Shown here one piece after another: positions 24,331 to 35,838 of a stretch of DNA of 36,751 bases. Under the pieces are notes generated by a model that was not told the DNA's origin, made no database searches, and saw only the letters and a list, made by a program, of their open reading frames with translations. Source of the stretch: Craspedostauros australis (Eukaryota); the NCBI GenBank assembly GCA_030167865.1, contig JALAGF010006081.1, forward strand, positions 1 through 36,751, written 5' to 3'. How positions within the stretch are numbered: position 1 is the stretch's first letter; each line of letters begins with the position of its first letter. Made by a program: the position numbers and the translations under genes.

Positions 24331-25282
24331 GGTCAAGCGGGGGGTGGCTCTTGTGGGACTGATCCTTGTCGAAACCGCCAGCGCTGCAGATTTATGACTT
24401 GGGTGGGGGCAACAGCCGCCTGCGCGAGAGAGGAACACAACGGAAAGATCCGCTTCGTGGATTTTGTTCGTGCTTTCTCCTTTCCGTTCTTGTGTTGTCG
24501 TCTTGTTGCCCCCGTTGTTGCACACAGAACGAAGAATGCGAAGAAACAAGCGTGTCAACATCGACATCTTTGCGGATCTTTTCGATTCGCCGTTGATGGA
24601 CAAGCAATCGATTGGATCGATCCACAACAACCACAACGAAATCTATTATTCTAACGCCGCACCTCCCAGAAAGTTGGCAAATTTGTTCACAGACATTCAT
24701 ATCTGCCTCGAATCAAACAGACAGACAATGCCAGTCAACGCACGTATTTGTCCTGCGGTGTGTCTCCACGGTGTCACAGTCAATCAAACTGGCTAAACTT
24801 ACGTGGTGCGGCGCATCCAAACCCAAACATCCAATAAATCGAAACGGGTAACTCGATGCTAGGCGATGTGACTTGGTCAACACATTATTAACCTTCCACT
24901 TCGAACAACTCTGGCTCTGCGACATTGACAGGCAACCTGCAAGATGCAATCACACATCTGACTTCAGCTTGAAGGTCTGTTGGCTGGTGTGATGCATCTT
25001 GGTCGATTCGATATTTGCTCCTTCGTGTTAGTTGGATGTTACAGGCTTCCACTGTAGCGTTGCCTCATTGCTCTTTGGCGACTTTCTCATGGAGTTACAC
25101 CGAACGTCGCAAAAATTGCATTGCATTGGATCGGGTTGTTGACACCATAGTTGGTGATGTACCCTCCCCATTTTCCATCTCCTATTTCCGCTTCGTCGCC
25201 AGCATTCGCCCACCATCTCATCACCTCACCATCGAATCCTCTCATAAAAACCAAATCAGCAACAAACACAAACACAAACACA

Positions 25283-26033
25283 TGTTGGAAATCCGGGGTT
25301 AGTGTTAGTAAGACCTAATTCGTTGTTAGACCGTACTTTTCAGAACTGTGAGCTCATTCTCTTCAGCTCCTTTGCCTTTCGTTTCTCACATAGCATCTCC
25401 TGCAGCAGCATCGTGTTATACTGTTGCATTCATGCATCTCATCATCATGAATCATCGCTTGCATACATGAGATCGCATCCGCAGGCATCCTTTGTCATGC
25501 ACATCGTCGTGCATATCCGCAGGCATTCTTGCCATGCACCTCGTCGTGCATATCCTTATTCTACATTCCCTGCGGTACGATTCCACAGTCTTGCGTTTCG
25601 CTCTTGATCTCCTGACACCGAACTTTACGATTGGTGTCATGTTTGGTGTCATGGATGATGCCCTTTCTGAGTTGTTCTAGTCCGNNNNNNNNNNNNNNNN
25701 NNNNNNNNNNNNNNNNNNNNNNNNNNNNNNNNNNTCTGAGTTGTTCTAGTCCGTGGCTGACACGTGCCATGATCTCCAGATGGGGTGATCATCAATGTGT
25801 CGGTCATCATCTTCCTTCGCATGATTTAGATATCGTGGCCTTTTCTTAGTTCACAGAGGACAGGCTTGTTTTCTTGGTAAGACTGAGGTCATTCCCGTGT
25901 GATTCGTGTCGTGGGTGGAATGTATAATATTCAATGGTGTGACGAATAATATCCAAAGGTGTGACAAATAATGTTGGGAGTTGCGGCAATCATGGGTATC
26001 TTTCCGACATAGTCGTACCCTCGATTCCTGACA
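25283..26033 (+). mobile_element. Solo-LTR-like element, family A, 6-bp TSD AACACA
   Basis: TGTTGGAAATCCGGGG ... CCCTCGATTCCTGACA, highly similar to 30175-30857. About 682 bp after removing the N-gap artefact. The TSD lies in an AC-rich tract. Confidence 0.88.
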
Positions 26034-26089
26034 AACACAAACATCCAAAGCCAACACTTTCAACACCAAACAGCTCCCACTCAGCAACC

Positions 26090-26365
26090 ATGCAGTTCGC
26101 CAACAATGCAATCATCGCCACCCTCCTCATGGCTTCCTCCATGCCATCTCCAGCCATTGCCAAGGAAGGAAGTCCCCAAAAGGATTCCAACAAGGCTGCT
26201 CCTGACATTCATCAACGACGCCGATCCTTGCTTCTCCACACTCTCCCTCAAGAGACCTTCATCACGGTTGAGTCCCAAATCACCATCATAAGCGGACCAG
26301 ATGCCACCTCCTTCCTTGGTTCGTCCATCCTCATCACCAGTGACATGGTCAATAGCAACGAAGCA
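26090..26365 (+). pseudogene. 5' fragment of a secreted-protein gene truncated by an LTR-like insertion
   Basis: MQFANNAIIATLLMASSMPSPAIA signal-peptide-like start after a CA-rich leader. The frame runs into TGTTGG at 26366. Confidence 0.5.
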
Positions 26366-27100
26366 TGTTGGAATGTGCATGTGTGTATGTGCATTGCTCA
26401 TCGATTATTCTCTTATACTCTACACGCAAATGGCAGAACTATAAGTGTGTCGATGGTGAACTGTGATTGATCGAAATCACATCACGAATTCAGACTGTCA
26501 AGTACAGAATATTGCGTGGTACGAACATGCAATATTGAGAGAGAGAGAGAGAGAATACAAGTAATAGCAAGAGAGCATCTCGCGTGCCGATTCATAGTTG
26601 GGAGACTCTGAGACAGAATTGAAATAACAACGTAATGAATAGCAAGTGAATTCAAAAATGACCACCACGGTTGCCTACAGTTGCAAGAGTATCTATTAGC
26701 ACAACGCTTTATTCACCTGATACGTTTTCTGATTAGTCTGTCCTGGTATGTGCTGAAACGATGCTTTCCTCAGACACATGATTTTCGGCATAAGGGGCAC
26801 ACTAGGGAGAACATCAGAGATTCGGTCTGGCCACCACCCAGCAAACATGTGATGTCCAGTTCAACCTGATATACTTCCCAACTAAACCTGAAGTGACACC
26901 ACCCTTGACGACCTCAAGCATCATCAATGGAATGTGGAATCAACAGAGCCATGGAATGGTGATGAGTGACGTCAACACAAGAGACATCATCGCCACATCA
27001 TGGGTCATCTCCACATCAGGACAAGATTGCAGAGGTGCAATGACCAAGAGCTGACCTTGAACACAGCAACATGAGATCCATCTCAGTGAAGATAACATAG
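26366..27100 (+). mobile_element. Degenerate relative of LTR-like family D (right end uncertain)
   Basis: Start TGTTGGAATGTGCATGTGTGTATGTGCAT..TTATTCTCTTATAC resembles 35839/36670. It shares a (GA)n-ATAC..GCAAGAGAGCATCTCGC block and TACTTCCCAACTAAACCT with 35839-36639. Confidence 0.55.
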
Positions 27101-27265
27101 AACCAGAAGTCACTCAACCCAATCAGTGTCTTCACTACACCAGCTCATTGCCATCGTCCTGAAAGACTTGATCTCTCTTGAAGGACCCGTGTGATTTTGC
27201 TTTGTACGATAACAAGATAACAGTATCTGTGAGCAGTACTTCACAACAGTGCTACTTATTTTTTG

Positions 27266-27437
27266 GAATCTACCTCTCTGAACTGTGAGCTCTTCATTGC
27301 TCTCATCTCCTGATGGTTGATCTCCTGATGGTTGATCTCCTGCTGGAATCCCCATGGTTGCATCTGCTAGTTCAGCATGCATCCATCTTGCATTCATCAT
27401 CATCATGCATGCACAGCAGGGTTGCCCATCTCGTGAA
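27266..27437 (+). mobile_element. Fragment homologous to the family A element at 1-640
   Basis: GAACTGTGAGCTCTTCATTGCTC..GGTTGCCCATCTCGTGAA matches the reverse complement of 462-592. Contains a 15-bp tandem unit ATCTCCTGATGGTTG. Confidence 0.7.
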
Positions 27438-28043
27438 CCCATCATCTCATCTTGCTTCAGATAGTTTTGTCAGCGTAGTCAGTTGCGATTCACAGGCATT
27501 CCCAACTCGTTTCATTTGTGATAATCAGCAATTGCATACAGGTCAGGGAACCAAACACTACACTTACTACGCCACCAGGGTGATCAATCTGTCAGGAGCA
27601 GTTGGTTGGTATTAGCGCAACGCTAAATCTCTAACAATAGCGACACCCGTCGACCAATCAGAAATCTCCACTTTTCTTACCTTTTCCCTTCCGAACGGAA
27701 ATTTTGGTCGAAAATCCGTTGTGTCAAATTTGTGTCACATTTCACGTCACAAGAACCGTTTTCCCGTCAATCACAGATCCAAAATGTCGCGGAAATTGAT
27801 TTCTTGCCAAGATGAACCACTCTGCCCAATCAGGACAGACTTGGATCTTGGGTGCGACAAGTGCGAATCTTATCAAGACCTTCTCAAATGAATACGATCA
27901 ATCGTGTGATCGTACTACTAGCAACATCGTGAGAAGACGCAATTCACAACACAGGGTATCACAGTGTTTGTTTTCTGACTTTTGCAAATCTGAACCCACG
28001 CAGTAACACGTACATTTGTCGTGTTATCTCCGTGTTATATTCC

Positions 28044-28241
28044 ATCTGCAATCGCATGAGACCTGCAAGTTGCCTCTCATGCTCACAGTTCCAAGAATAC
28101 AATCTTGTGAGCTCGACAGCATTCCTACTACCATACAAATAGCACAGTAAACAAACACTCTCCTCACCAACAACAACGACTTGATCACTCTACGTTCTCG
28201 GTGCGGTATCCTTCACACCCATCTACGATTACGTTCTAACA
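28044..28241 (-). mobile_element. LTR-like family B terminus
   Basis: Reverse complement aligns with 3559-3753. The inner boundary is unknown. Confidence 0.65.
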
Positions 28242-28256
28242 GTTGGTGTTTGGTTG

Positions 28257-29385
28257 TTGTTGGTAATGTTAGTTGTATTCAATTGATGATTGATGAGATT
28301 GTGAGAAAAAGATCTCATTCATCCTAAGTTGGTGCATTCTTGCACCATTCCTACTATCTTGCCTGATTCATCATCAGGTCTTCCTACTGTTCTGCGCGAT
28401 GCCATCATGGTCCATTGTGCATTATTCCTACTTTGTTGCCCAAGGTTGTCATCCTGTGTTGCGCAGTATCCCATGTTGTTTTTCATCTTGGGTCTTTCAT
28501 CATCTCTGTCTGATCTTGTCTGATCTTGTTTGATCTTGTCTATTCTTGTCTGGTCTTGGACTCTCGTGGGGTCCATATATCTCAACCTGTCGATGTCAGA
28601 AGATTGCTTGCATCATCCCTGACATCATAAGACTATTTCCTAATTGTTGTTGCCACGTGCTCACTGATGCACCTGGCATCACTAGACATGTCAGCATACC
28701 ATGACTATCACATAATCTTGATTCCTTGGATCTCAGCGTCTGACCTTCTGATGTCATTCTCTGATGTCAGTTCCTACATCATTTTGGACTGCCGCAGAAC
28801 CCGAACACCATTCGCATCATCAAAACTCATCCGACTATACTATCAATCGAGTCGAATAATGTTCCAGTCATGCGTGATGCTAGCCTAAATTTCGATCTAG
28901 ATGTTGACAATTTGGGTGGATTGCCATCTCCATGTTCCACAAAAGCAGGTTGGATAACTCCTCTCACATCTTCTTGTGTTGAGACAATCATCCATTGTCA
29001 CTCAACACTTGCCAGTTTGTCATGTGGGATTCTCACATGTGCCATTTCACATTTTGTGACCCTGTTCCTGTCAGAATACTCTTTTCTTGTTCGCTGCAAC
29101 ATGGGGCAGTAGTAAGTTGTATTGTGATGTTGGTCATGCTTCGTTCATCTCAGCCCCTTGCAACATTCATGGTTGGATCAGAATGATAGTATCCAATTCA
29201 CACATATTGCTTTCCAGTTCAAATGTGTCATGCGATGTTCTCTCCTCCACCATGCACCTCACATTTTGGCGACTCACAAGGAGCCAGATTGAGAGGTGCG
29301 ATAATCTCATGTTTCACAACACTCGGTCCTTTCTGCCATTGGGAGGTACGGCAATTCGAAAATTCACAACATCCGATTCCCAACA
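28257..29385. mobile_element. Probable further LTR-like non-coding sequence
   Basis: TGTTGG near 28257 and GATTCCCAACA at 29385, exactly where the ABCG copy begins. A 10-bp tandem TCTGATCTTG lies at about 28509-28557. No TSD found. Confidence 0.4.
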
Positions 29386-29882
29386 TTCCTGTCCCGGCTC
29401 GCCATGGAGGCAATGGTGACCTTGGCCCAGACCCTCGTGCTCACAATCATCACCTACTTCCTCATCGACTTCCAGATGGATTATGGTCAGTACTTGNNNN
29501 NNNNNNNNNNNNNNNNNNNNNNNNNNNNNNNNNNNNNNNNNNNNNNNNNNNNNNNNNNNNNNNNNNNNNNNNNNNNNNNNNNNNNNNNNNNNNNNNNNNN
29601 NNNNNNNNNNNNNNNNNNNNNNCATCCCATCCTGGTTGCGATGGGCGCAGTACCTTTGTTCCTTGACATACGCGCTTCGGCTGTTGGTGATCGAAGAGTT
29701 CGAGGGCTGTGAGGATGAGTTCGAGAACTGCAAGAACACCATCGACCAGCTTGAGGCCGACGACGATGAATCGTACTGGTACTGGCTGGTGCTTATCGCG
29801 CTGTTCGTGGTGTTCCGTCTGCTGGCACTCACAGTCTTGACCAAGAAGGCCAGCAAATTCTACTAATTGATGATGGGGGTGG
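29386..29882 (+). pseudogene. Inverted duplicate of the ABCG 3' end (last TM helices, stop and 16 nt of 3' UTR)
   Basis: Nearly identical to the reverse complement of about 8359-8876, with few substitutions (e.g. LTSKASKFY vs LTKKASKFY). 5'-truncated at an LTR-like end. Confidence 0.9.
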
Positions 29883-30012
29883 ATAATGACGAGAACCCAG
29901 AAAACCAAAACAAACGATATCACTAGTACAACGAAAATCCAACAGCAAAATCACTGACACCAGTACAGATTCTACTGATTCCTCAAGTAGGGAAAAGATC
30001 CGACAATCGACC

Positions 30013-33000
30013 ATGGCGACGGAAAACGGCACAAGTTTGAAGCACAACACCAACGATACGGAGCAACCAACGAATCAAAACATGACATCAGGAGCAACAG
30101 GAGGACCCAAGCCACCGCCAGAGCCTGATCCGAAGATCGTGGCAGCAGAACTGATGGAGAACCAAGGCAGGATATGTTGGAAATCCGGGGTTAGTGTTAG
30201 TAAGACCTAATTTGTTGTTAGACCGTACTTTTCAGAACTGTGAGCTCATTCTCTTCAGCTCCTTTGCCTTTCATTTCATGTATAGCATCTTCTGCAGCAG
30301 CATCGTGTTATACTGTTGCATTCATGCATCTCATCATCATGAGTCGTCGCTTGCATACATGAGATCGCATCCGCAGGCGTCCTTTGTCATGCATATCCGT
30401 GGTGCATATCCGTAGGCATTCTTGCCATGCACCTTGTCGTGCATATCCTTATTCTACATTCCCTGCGGTACGATTCCACAGTCTTGCGTTTCTCTCTTGA
30501 TCTCCTGACACCGAACTTTACGATTGGTGTCATGTTTGGTGTCATGGATGATGCCCTTTCTGAGTTGTTCTAGTCCGTGGCTGACACGTGCCATGATCTC
30601 CAGATGGGGTGATCATCAATGTGTCGGTCATCATCTTCCTTCACAAGGTTTAGATGTCGTGGCCTTTTCTTGATTCATAAAGGACAGGCTTGTTTGCTTG
30701 GTAAGACTGAGGTCATTCCCGTGTGATTCGTGTCGTGGGTGTAATGGACAATATTCAATGGTGTGACGAATAATATCCAAAGATGTGACAAATAATGTTG
30801 GGAGTTGCGGCAATCATGGGTATCTTTCCGACAGAGTCGTACCCTCGATTCCTGACAAGGATAGCCATCCAGTGGCAAGAGCCCGAAACAGCACGGTGGA
30901 GAAAGCTCCCAAAACAAGTCGCAGCAAACGCCAAAGCCATCAAAGCCACTGAAGTATACGAGGAAGGTCCGTCATCTCTCCATGACAGAGTCAAATGGAT
31001 GTACATCCAAAAGGCAACATGGGAAGGCAAGGACAGTTCAAATGCTTTGGCACACATGCCAAGCACCAAAGAGCTGGCAGATTTCTTCCAAAAGGTGATG
31101 GACGGCAGGACTAACAAATTCGGCACGAGCAGAGTCGCACAGGACGCACCAGAACGGGTGAAAATCAAGCAACTGGTCGCAGATCTCTCCACAACGGATC
31201 CGACGGAATGCTTCAAGATGGAACTCCACACTGACAACAAGTCAATGACACGAAACCAGATCACACTGGCTTGGGCGGCAGCAGTCCGGCACATGGGGTG
31301 CCAATACTCCGACGTCATCATGGCACAGGAAGCATTGTCGGACAGCGACGATGACATGGACGGAATCCAACTGGAATCCATTTTGGTCAAACGAGCGCGA
31401 CAGACTTCACTCACGCAACACACAGTGAAAGCACCTCCAAAAACCAAAGTGAGGATCCAGGATCCAGATGGAGCAGTCAACGAGATGAACCCAAAAGGAG
31501 ACGCAAGCGGCGACGACGGAACATGGACCAGGGTGAGACAGTCCTCAGTTCAGATGATGGCAACACCCAGCAGAAAGTTCAACGAACGCTTCGACCTCAG
31601 GCTGACCATCCCGAAGAACTCCTCCACACCAATCAGAGATTTCCAATCCAGATTCGAACTGTGGTTCGACCACGCACTGACGATCGAGCCCAAACTGGTC
31701 ATATACCCCTGGTATAAGCGCCACAAATCAGCAGGAACCATCTCAGAAAAGGAACCCATCCCTACCAACTGGGACGAGCTGAAGAAATTTGTGTGCAGAG
31801 CCAAGCCAACAGCAAAGCAATCAGACATGTGCATGCAACTGAAGCTGGGGGGCAGCCAAAACCTAACGCGCTCACCAGTCGACGAGCAGAAATGGAAGGC
31901 GGATACTCAACAGGAGAGTACGCCTACGTTCGAGATCTCAAGGACGCGGAGAACTTCACTGATGTTGGATTCCTAGCCTACTCTGGAAACTTCACAAACA
32001 CAAAGCAAACGATTGGAGTGATCAACCGGCTACTGCAACAGATCCAACCCAAACTTCAAGTGGGAGGAAGAATCAAGTTCCTAGGACAGGTATCAGACGA
32101 GACGCGCGAAGAACACCGCAAGAACCTCGGCACCTGGATCAACACACCATGGGTTGCGCTGCACCTGCATGCCAACACTAGCCACGCCCGGAAGGTATCA
32201 AAGGCCTTGGGCAAGGTGTTCAACGCGAAGGACGCCGACAGAGGGGGACTGAACTACCGATTTGTTCCCAACCCGGGCACATCCACCATCGGAGCAGACA
32301 CAGCAGCGAAACTAAGAAAGATGACACGCAACCACAAGCGCTACGTGCGCCAACTCAAACGGTTCCGGCTGGACGGCGACGTCTCGCTCGATACTCCAGA
32401 TGCGAGGACAAAATCGACCACTCTATGAGAGTTCCTGAATCAGCAAAGGACGCCAGAAGGAAACCCCTACTTCCACGACATCAGCATGACCCACATGGCA
32501 GAAGGGGATGAAGACGCCTTGAGCATAGTGGCCTTTGACAATCGGTACGACCAAGCCAAGAACATTCTGAACTCCATTGCAATCAGGTGCAGGACGGAAA
32601 TCAACAGCTCCACAGATGACTGGTTTGACAATAACATCCTGGATATGAGTGCGGGGTACGCCAAGGACGCCACAGGAAAGGGGTACAAAGACGTTGAATT
32701 CGAAGGAGAACTCGACTACATCGTCGACGAAGACATGGGTTCGGTAGAGATCGAAGGCATGGAAGAAATCGACGACGACTCTCCATCGGGATCCCCGGTA
32801 GCCAAAAAGCCCAGACTCGAGGATGAGCCCTTCAAGACCTTCAGTTCGGAATGTGGCAAGTCGAGGGCATCCACCATTTTCAGCATCCAGGAATCCAAAG
32901 ACAACAGCACCGAGATCAAAGAAGACGAGCTGGCGACAGCCATGCAGCAGGCAAGGGAAGCACAACAAGCAGAAGCCAACAGAAAGAAACTGGAGGACCA

Positions 33001-33124
33001 GAGGCAGGAACTCATCGAAAAAGACAGAATCATCGAGGAGCTGAGAGCCAAACACGCAGAAGCGGAACCCGGAAACTCAGACTCCCCTGGCTTACGCACG
33101 GACAGGGGCCAACCAACTGATTAA
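30013..33124 (+). pseudogene. LINE ORF1 with nested insertion, frameshift (about 31850) and in-frame TGA (32426-32428)
   Basis: Removing 30175-30857 plus one TSD restores ..ENQGRIAIQWQE.. in frame. Homologous to the left ORF1. Confidence 0.8.
30175..30857 (+). mobile_element. Solo-LTR-like element, family A, 683 bp, 6-bp TSD AGGATA
   Basis: AGGATA at 30169-30174 and 30858-30863. Imperfect 17-bp terminal inverted repeat (12/17). Confidence 0.92.
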
Positions 33125-34570
33125 CGCAAGGCTGGAGGAAGGGGAAGCATCAACACCCACCTCCGCAAGCCGAACGGATGCTCTCGGGGAGGAAGTGCGT
33201 CGGAATGAGCACAACCTCCAAGTCTCTTACTGGGGAGACAACCCACGCGACAAAGGACGCCATACTATACGCATCGGCGCCCTCAACGTGGGCTGTCTAC
33301 CGGAAGAGACAGGACACTGGAAAAACAGAGACACTTGGGAATGGACCAAGAAACTAAAACTCGACGTGGCAATGTTTTCCGAAATCGGGCTGAACTGGTC
33401 CAAAGTAGCGAAACGCCACTCATGGCACTCGCGGATCAAAGGCCAATACAGCTCATGGCGCCAAACGATGGCGTACAACAAACAAGAGAAGATGGGACCC
33501 ATACAACAATGGGGAGGCACGGGCTGCCTGATCATCAATGAAGCAGCTGGGCGATACAAGGGATCAGCAGAGGATCCAAGGCAGCTAGGACGATGGTCAA
33601 GCATGGTGCTCCGCAGCAAAGACGATGCTATTGTGAGAATTGTAAGCGTGTACGTCCCAACCACATCAGGGAAAGGACCTCGCACGGTTGCAAACCAGCA
33701 ATCAGCCTGGTTAGAGCTGCAGGGAATTACCGCCCCACCAATAGCCACCCTCATCGACGATCTGGAAGCAGAAATACAGCAATGGCACACACAAGGCGAA
33801 ACAGTCATACTGGGCGGGGACATCAACATACAGGTTGCACACTCACAAATGGCGACAATGCTTGAGCGACAAGGCCTGAAGGAAGCCATACTCAGCAAGC
33901 ATCCCCAACAAACACCTCTAGCAATGCAAGTACGAGCAGAAACAGCAAGGGTGATAGACAGAATATGGGTCTCGGAGTTAGTGGAGATACAGAGGGCAGG
34001 ATACAGCGACTACGGAAGCTGGGACCACCGTACAGCATGGATCGAGATCTCCAGTGAAGCCATCTTCGGTGTGTGAAGCCGACCCACCAAGAAATTTGAA
34101 GGGAGGCGCCTGCAAACAAACAAGCCGGCCACGATGAAACGATACCAGCAAGCAGTCAAGACCAGATATGCCAAAGCAGACCTGCGGCACCGGTCCGCAA
34201 CAATACTGGCTCAGCTCAGGGACGGCGGGACCATGACAGAGGCACTAATTCAGGAGACAGAAGCAATTGACAATGACAGAAAGGAGATCATGCTCCAAGC
34301 AGAACAAGGATCCAGACGAATATTCGCGGGACGAGTGCCATACTCACCGGCCGCCAAAAAAGCGGCAATGGAGAAGAAGTTCTGGGAAATCGCGTGGAGG
34401 CGACGACAGGGAAAGAGGGTGAGTGCGAGGTGGTATGACCGGGCCAAGAAGCAAGCCGGAGTACGACAGCCAACGTTGCACCTCACCGCAGACGACATAC
34501 AGCAGAAACGGAAGCTGGCCCATGAGAAGTGGAAGCAAGTGAAACGGAGCGCTCTGGCACACAGGAGAAC

Positions 34571-34735
34571 TGTCGAAATTCCCCGTAGTCCCAAAAGTAA
34601 CGTGCTCCTGTAACGCTCAGGAGTGATCGATCATGCGCTTGCTACGTTGACGGTCGGGGGGTATTTGTTGTTTCTGTACTCTATTCTGGTTTAGTCCCAT
34701 ACAATCGGGAATTACTGATGTCACACATTTCGACA
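34571..34735. mobile_element. 165-bp TG..CA element, perfect 9-bp TIR, 6-bp TSD GAGAAC
   Basis: TGTCGAAAT ... ATTTCGACA, with GAGAAC at 34565-34570 and 34736-34741. Confidence 0.92.
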
Positions 34736-35838
34736 GAGAACCTTCCTTGAGCAACGCGCCGATGAGATGGCGGAAGCTGGCAACACATCCGCCAGCACAG
34801 CACTTGCCGCGATCATCGTCCGAGAAGAGACAGCAGAAACCTTCCGGTCCATCAAGCGGACACTACAAGGCAGAGCCAGCAGCAGCAGGGTAACCACGGT
34901 CATCGCCAAAGACGAGCACGGCGAAGAAAGAACATTCAGCAAGGAACGCGAAGTTATCGCCCAATGTATGAAGGCCAACGAACTCAAGTACAGGCAAGCG
35001 TACACAACACCACTACAGAACGAGGTGTTTGAACGGAGCGTGAAGCACGGAGGCATTGCCATGTCAGCAAGACGACATGGGCCATCCATGGACCAATACT
35101 CCCAAGCCCTTCTCGAGCAGCTGCAAGGCACAAGCCAACCAACGCAATGGGACGCAAGCTGCATGGAGATACCGATAGAGGAACATCAACAAGCCTGGGC
35201 CAAAGCCCGAGAACGCACCGCGTCGGGCCCCTCTGGCTTGCATTTTGGAATGTGGAAGGCGAACGCAAAAATTGAAGAGGCAGCAGCAACCGATGCCGCC
35301 ATGCGCGAGATATCGCTACGATCGGGGTACAACCTGACTCGATGGATGCGATGCTCTGATATCACTCTACTCAAAGAGGAAGGAAACTACAGAGTTGAGC
35401 GCTTCCGTACCATCAGCCTAGTCGAAGCAGATTTCAACATGAATCTGAAGAAGATTGGCAAAGAAATGATGGACCACGCCGAAGTAAATGGGCTTCTGCC
35501 AGAGGAGCAATACGGCAGCCGGAAGTGCAGAAGTGCGGCCGAAGTCAGCTTGAACAACCGACTGACAGGTGACATCATCAGAAGCACGGGACGCACGAGT
35601 TTCGTTTGTTCGAACAACGCGAAGAGTTGCTATGACCGAATGGCACACGCGCCTCTGCAACTGAGCATGAGCAGCATCGGAGTGCCATCAGTCGTAAGCT
35701 CAAGTGTAATCGCAGTGGTGGCAACGATGCAACATCATGTGCTCACAGGATACGGTCTGTCTCACTCCACATACCCAAAGAAGCCGCCCAAATTACAAGG
35801 GCTTCTTCAAGGCCTTGGAGTCTCGCCGGCCGGATGGG

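Noticed and set aside
22657..24654. 665-aa plus-strand ORF, and similar antisense ORFs over ABCG, the kinase and the carrier
   Set aside because: These are shadow frames of GC3-biased real genes on the opposite strand, with no motifs of their own.
25666..25753. 19-bp tandem duplication around a 50-N gap
   Set aside because: It is single in the sister copy near 30559, so it reflects overlapping contig ends padded with N.
27607..27618. TGGTATTAGCGC resembling an iMet primer-binding site
   Set aside because: Only 10/12 match, not directly after a defined LTR end, and no gag ORF follows.
27305..28557. Short tandem repeats as a CRISPR-like array
   Set aside because: These are contiguous 10-15 bp units with no spacers, in a eukaryotic TE context.
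25283..30857. 5' and 3' LTRs of one full-length retrotransposon
   Set aside because: Each copy has its own different TSD and there is no gag or pol between them.
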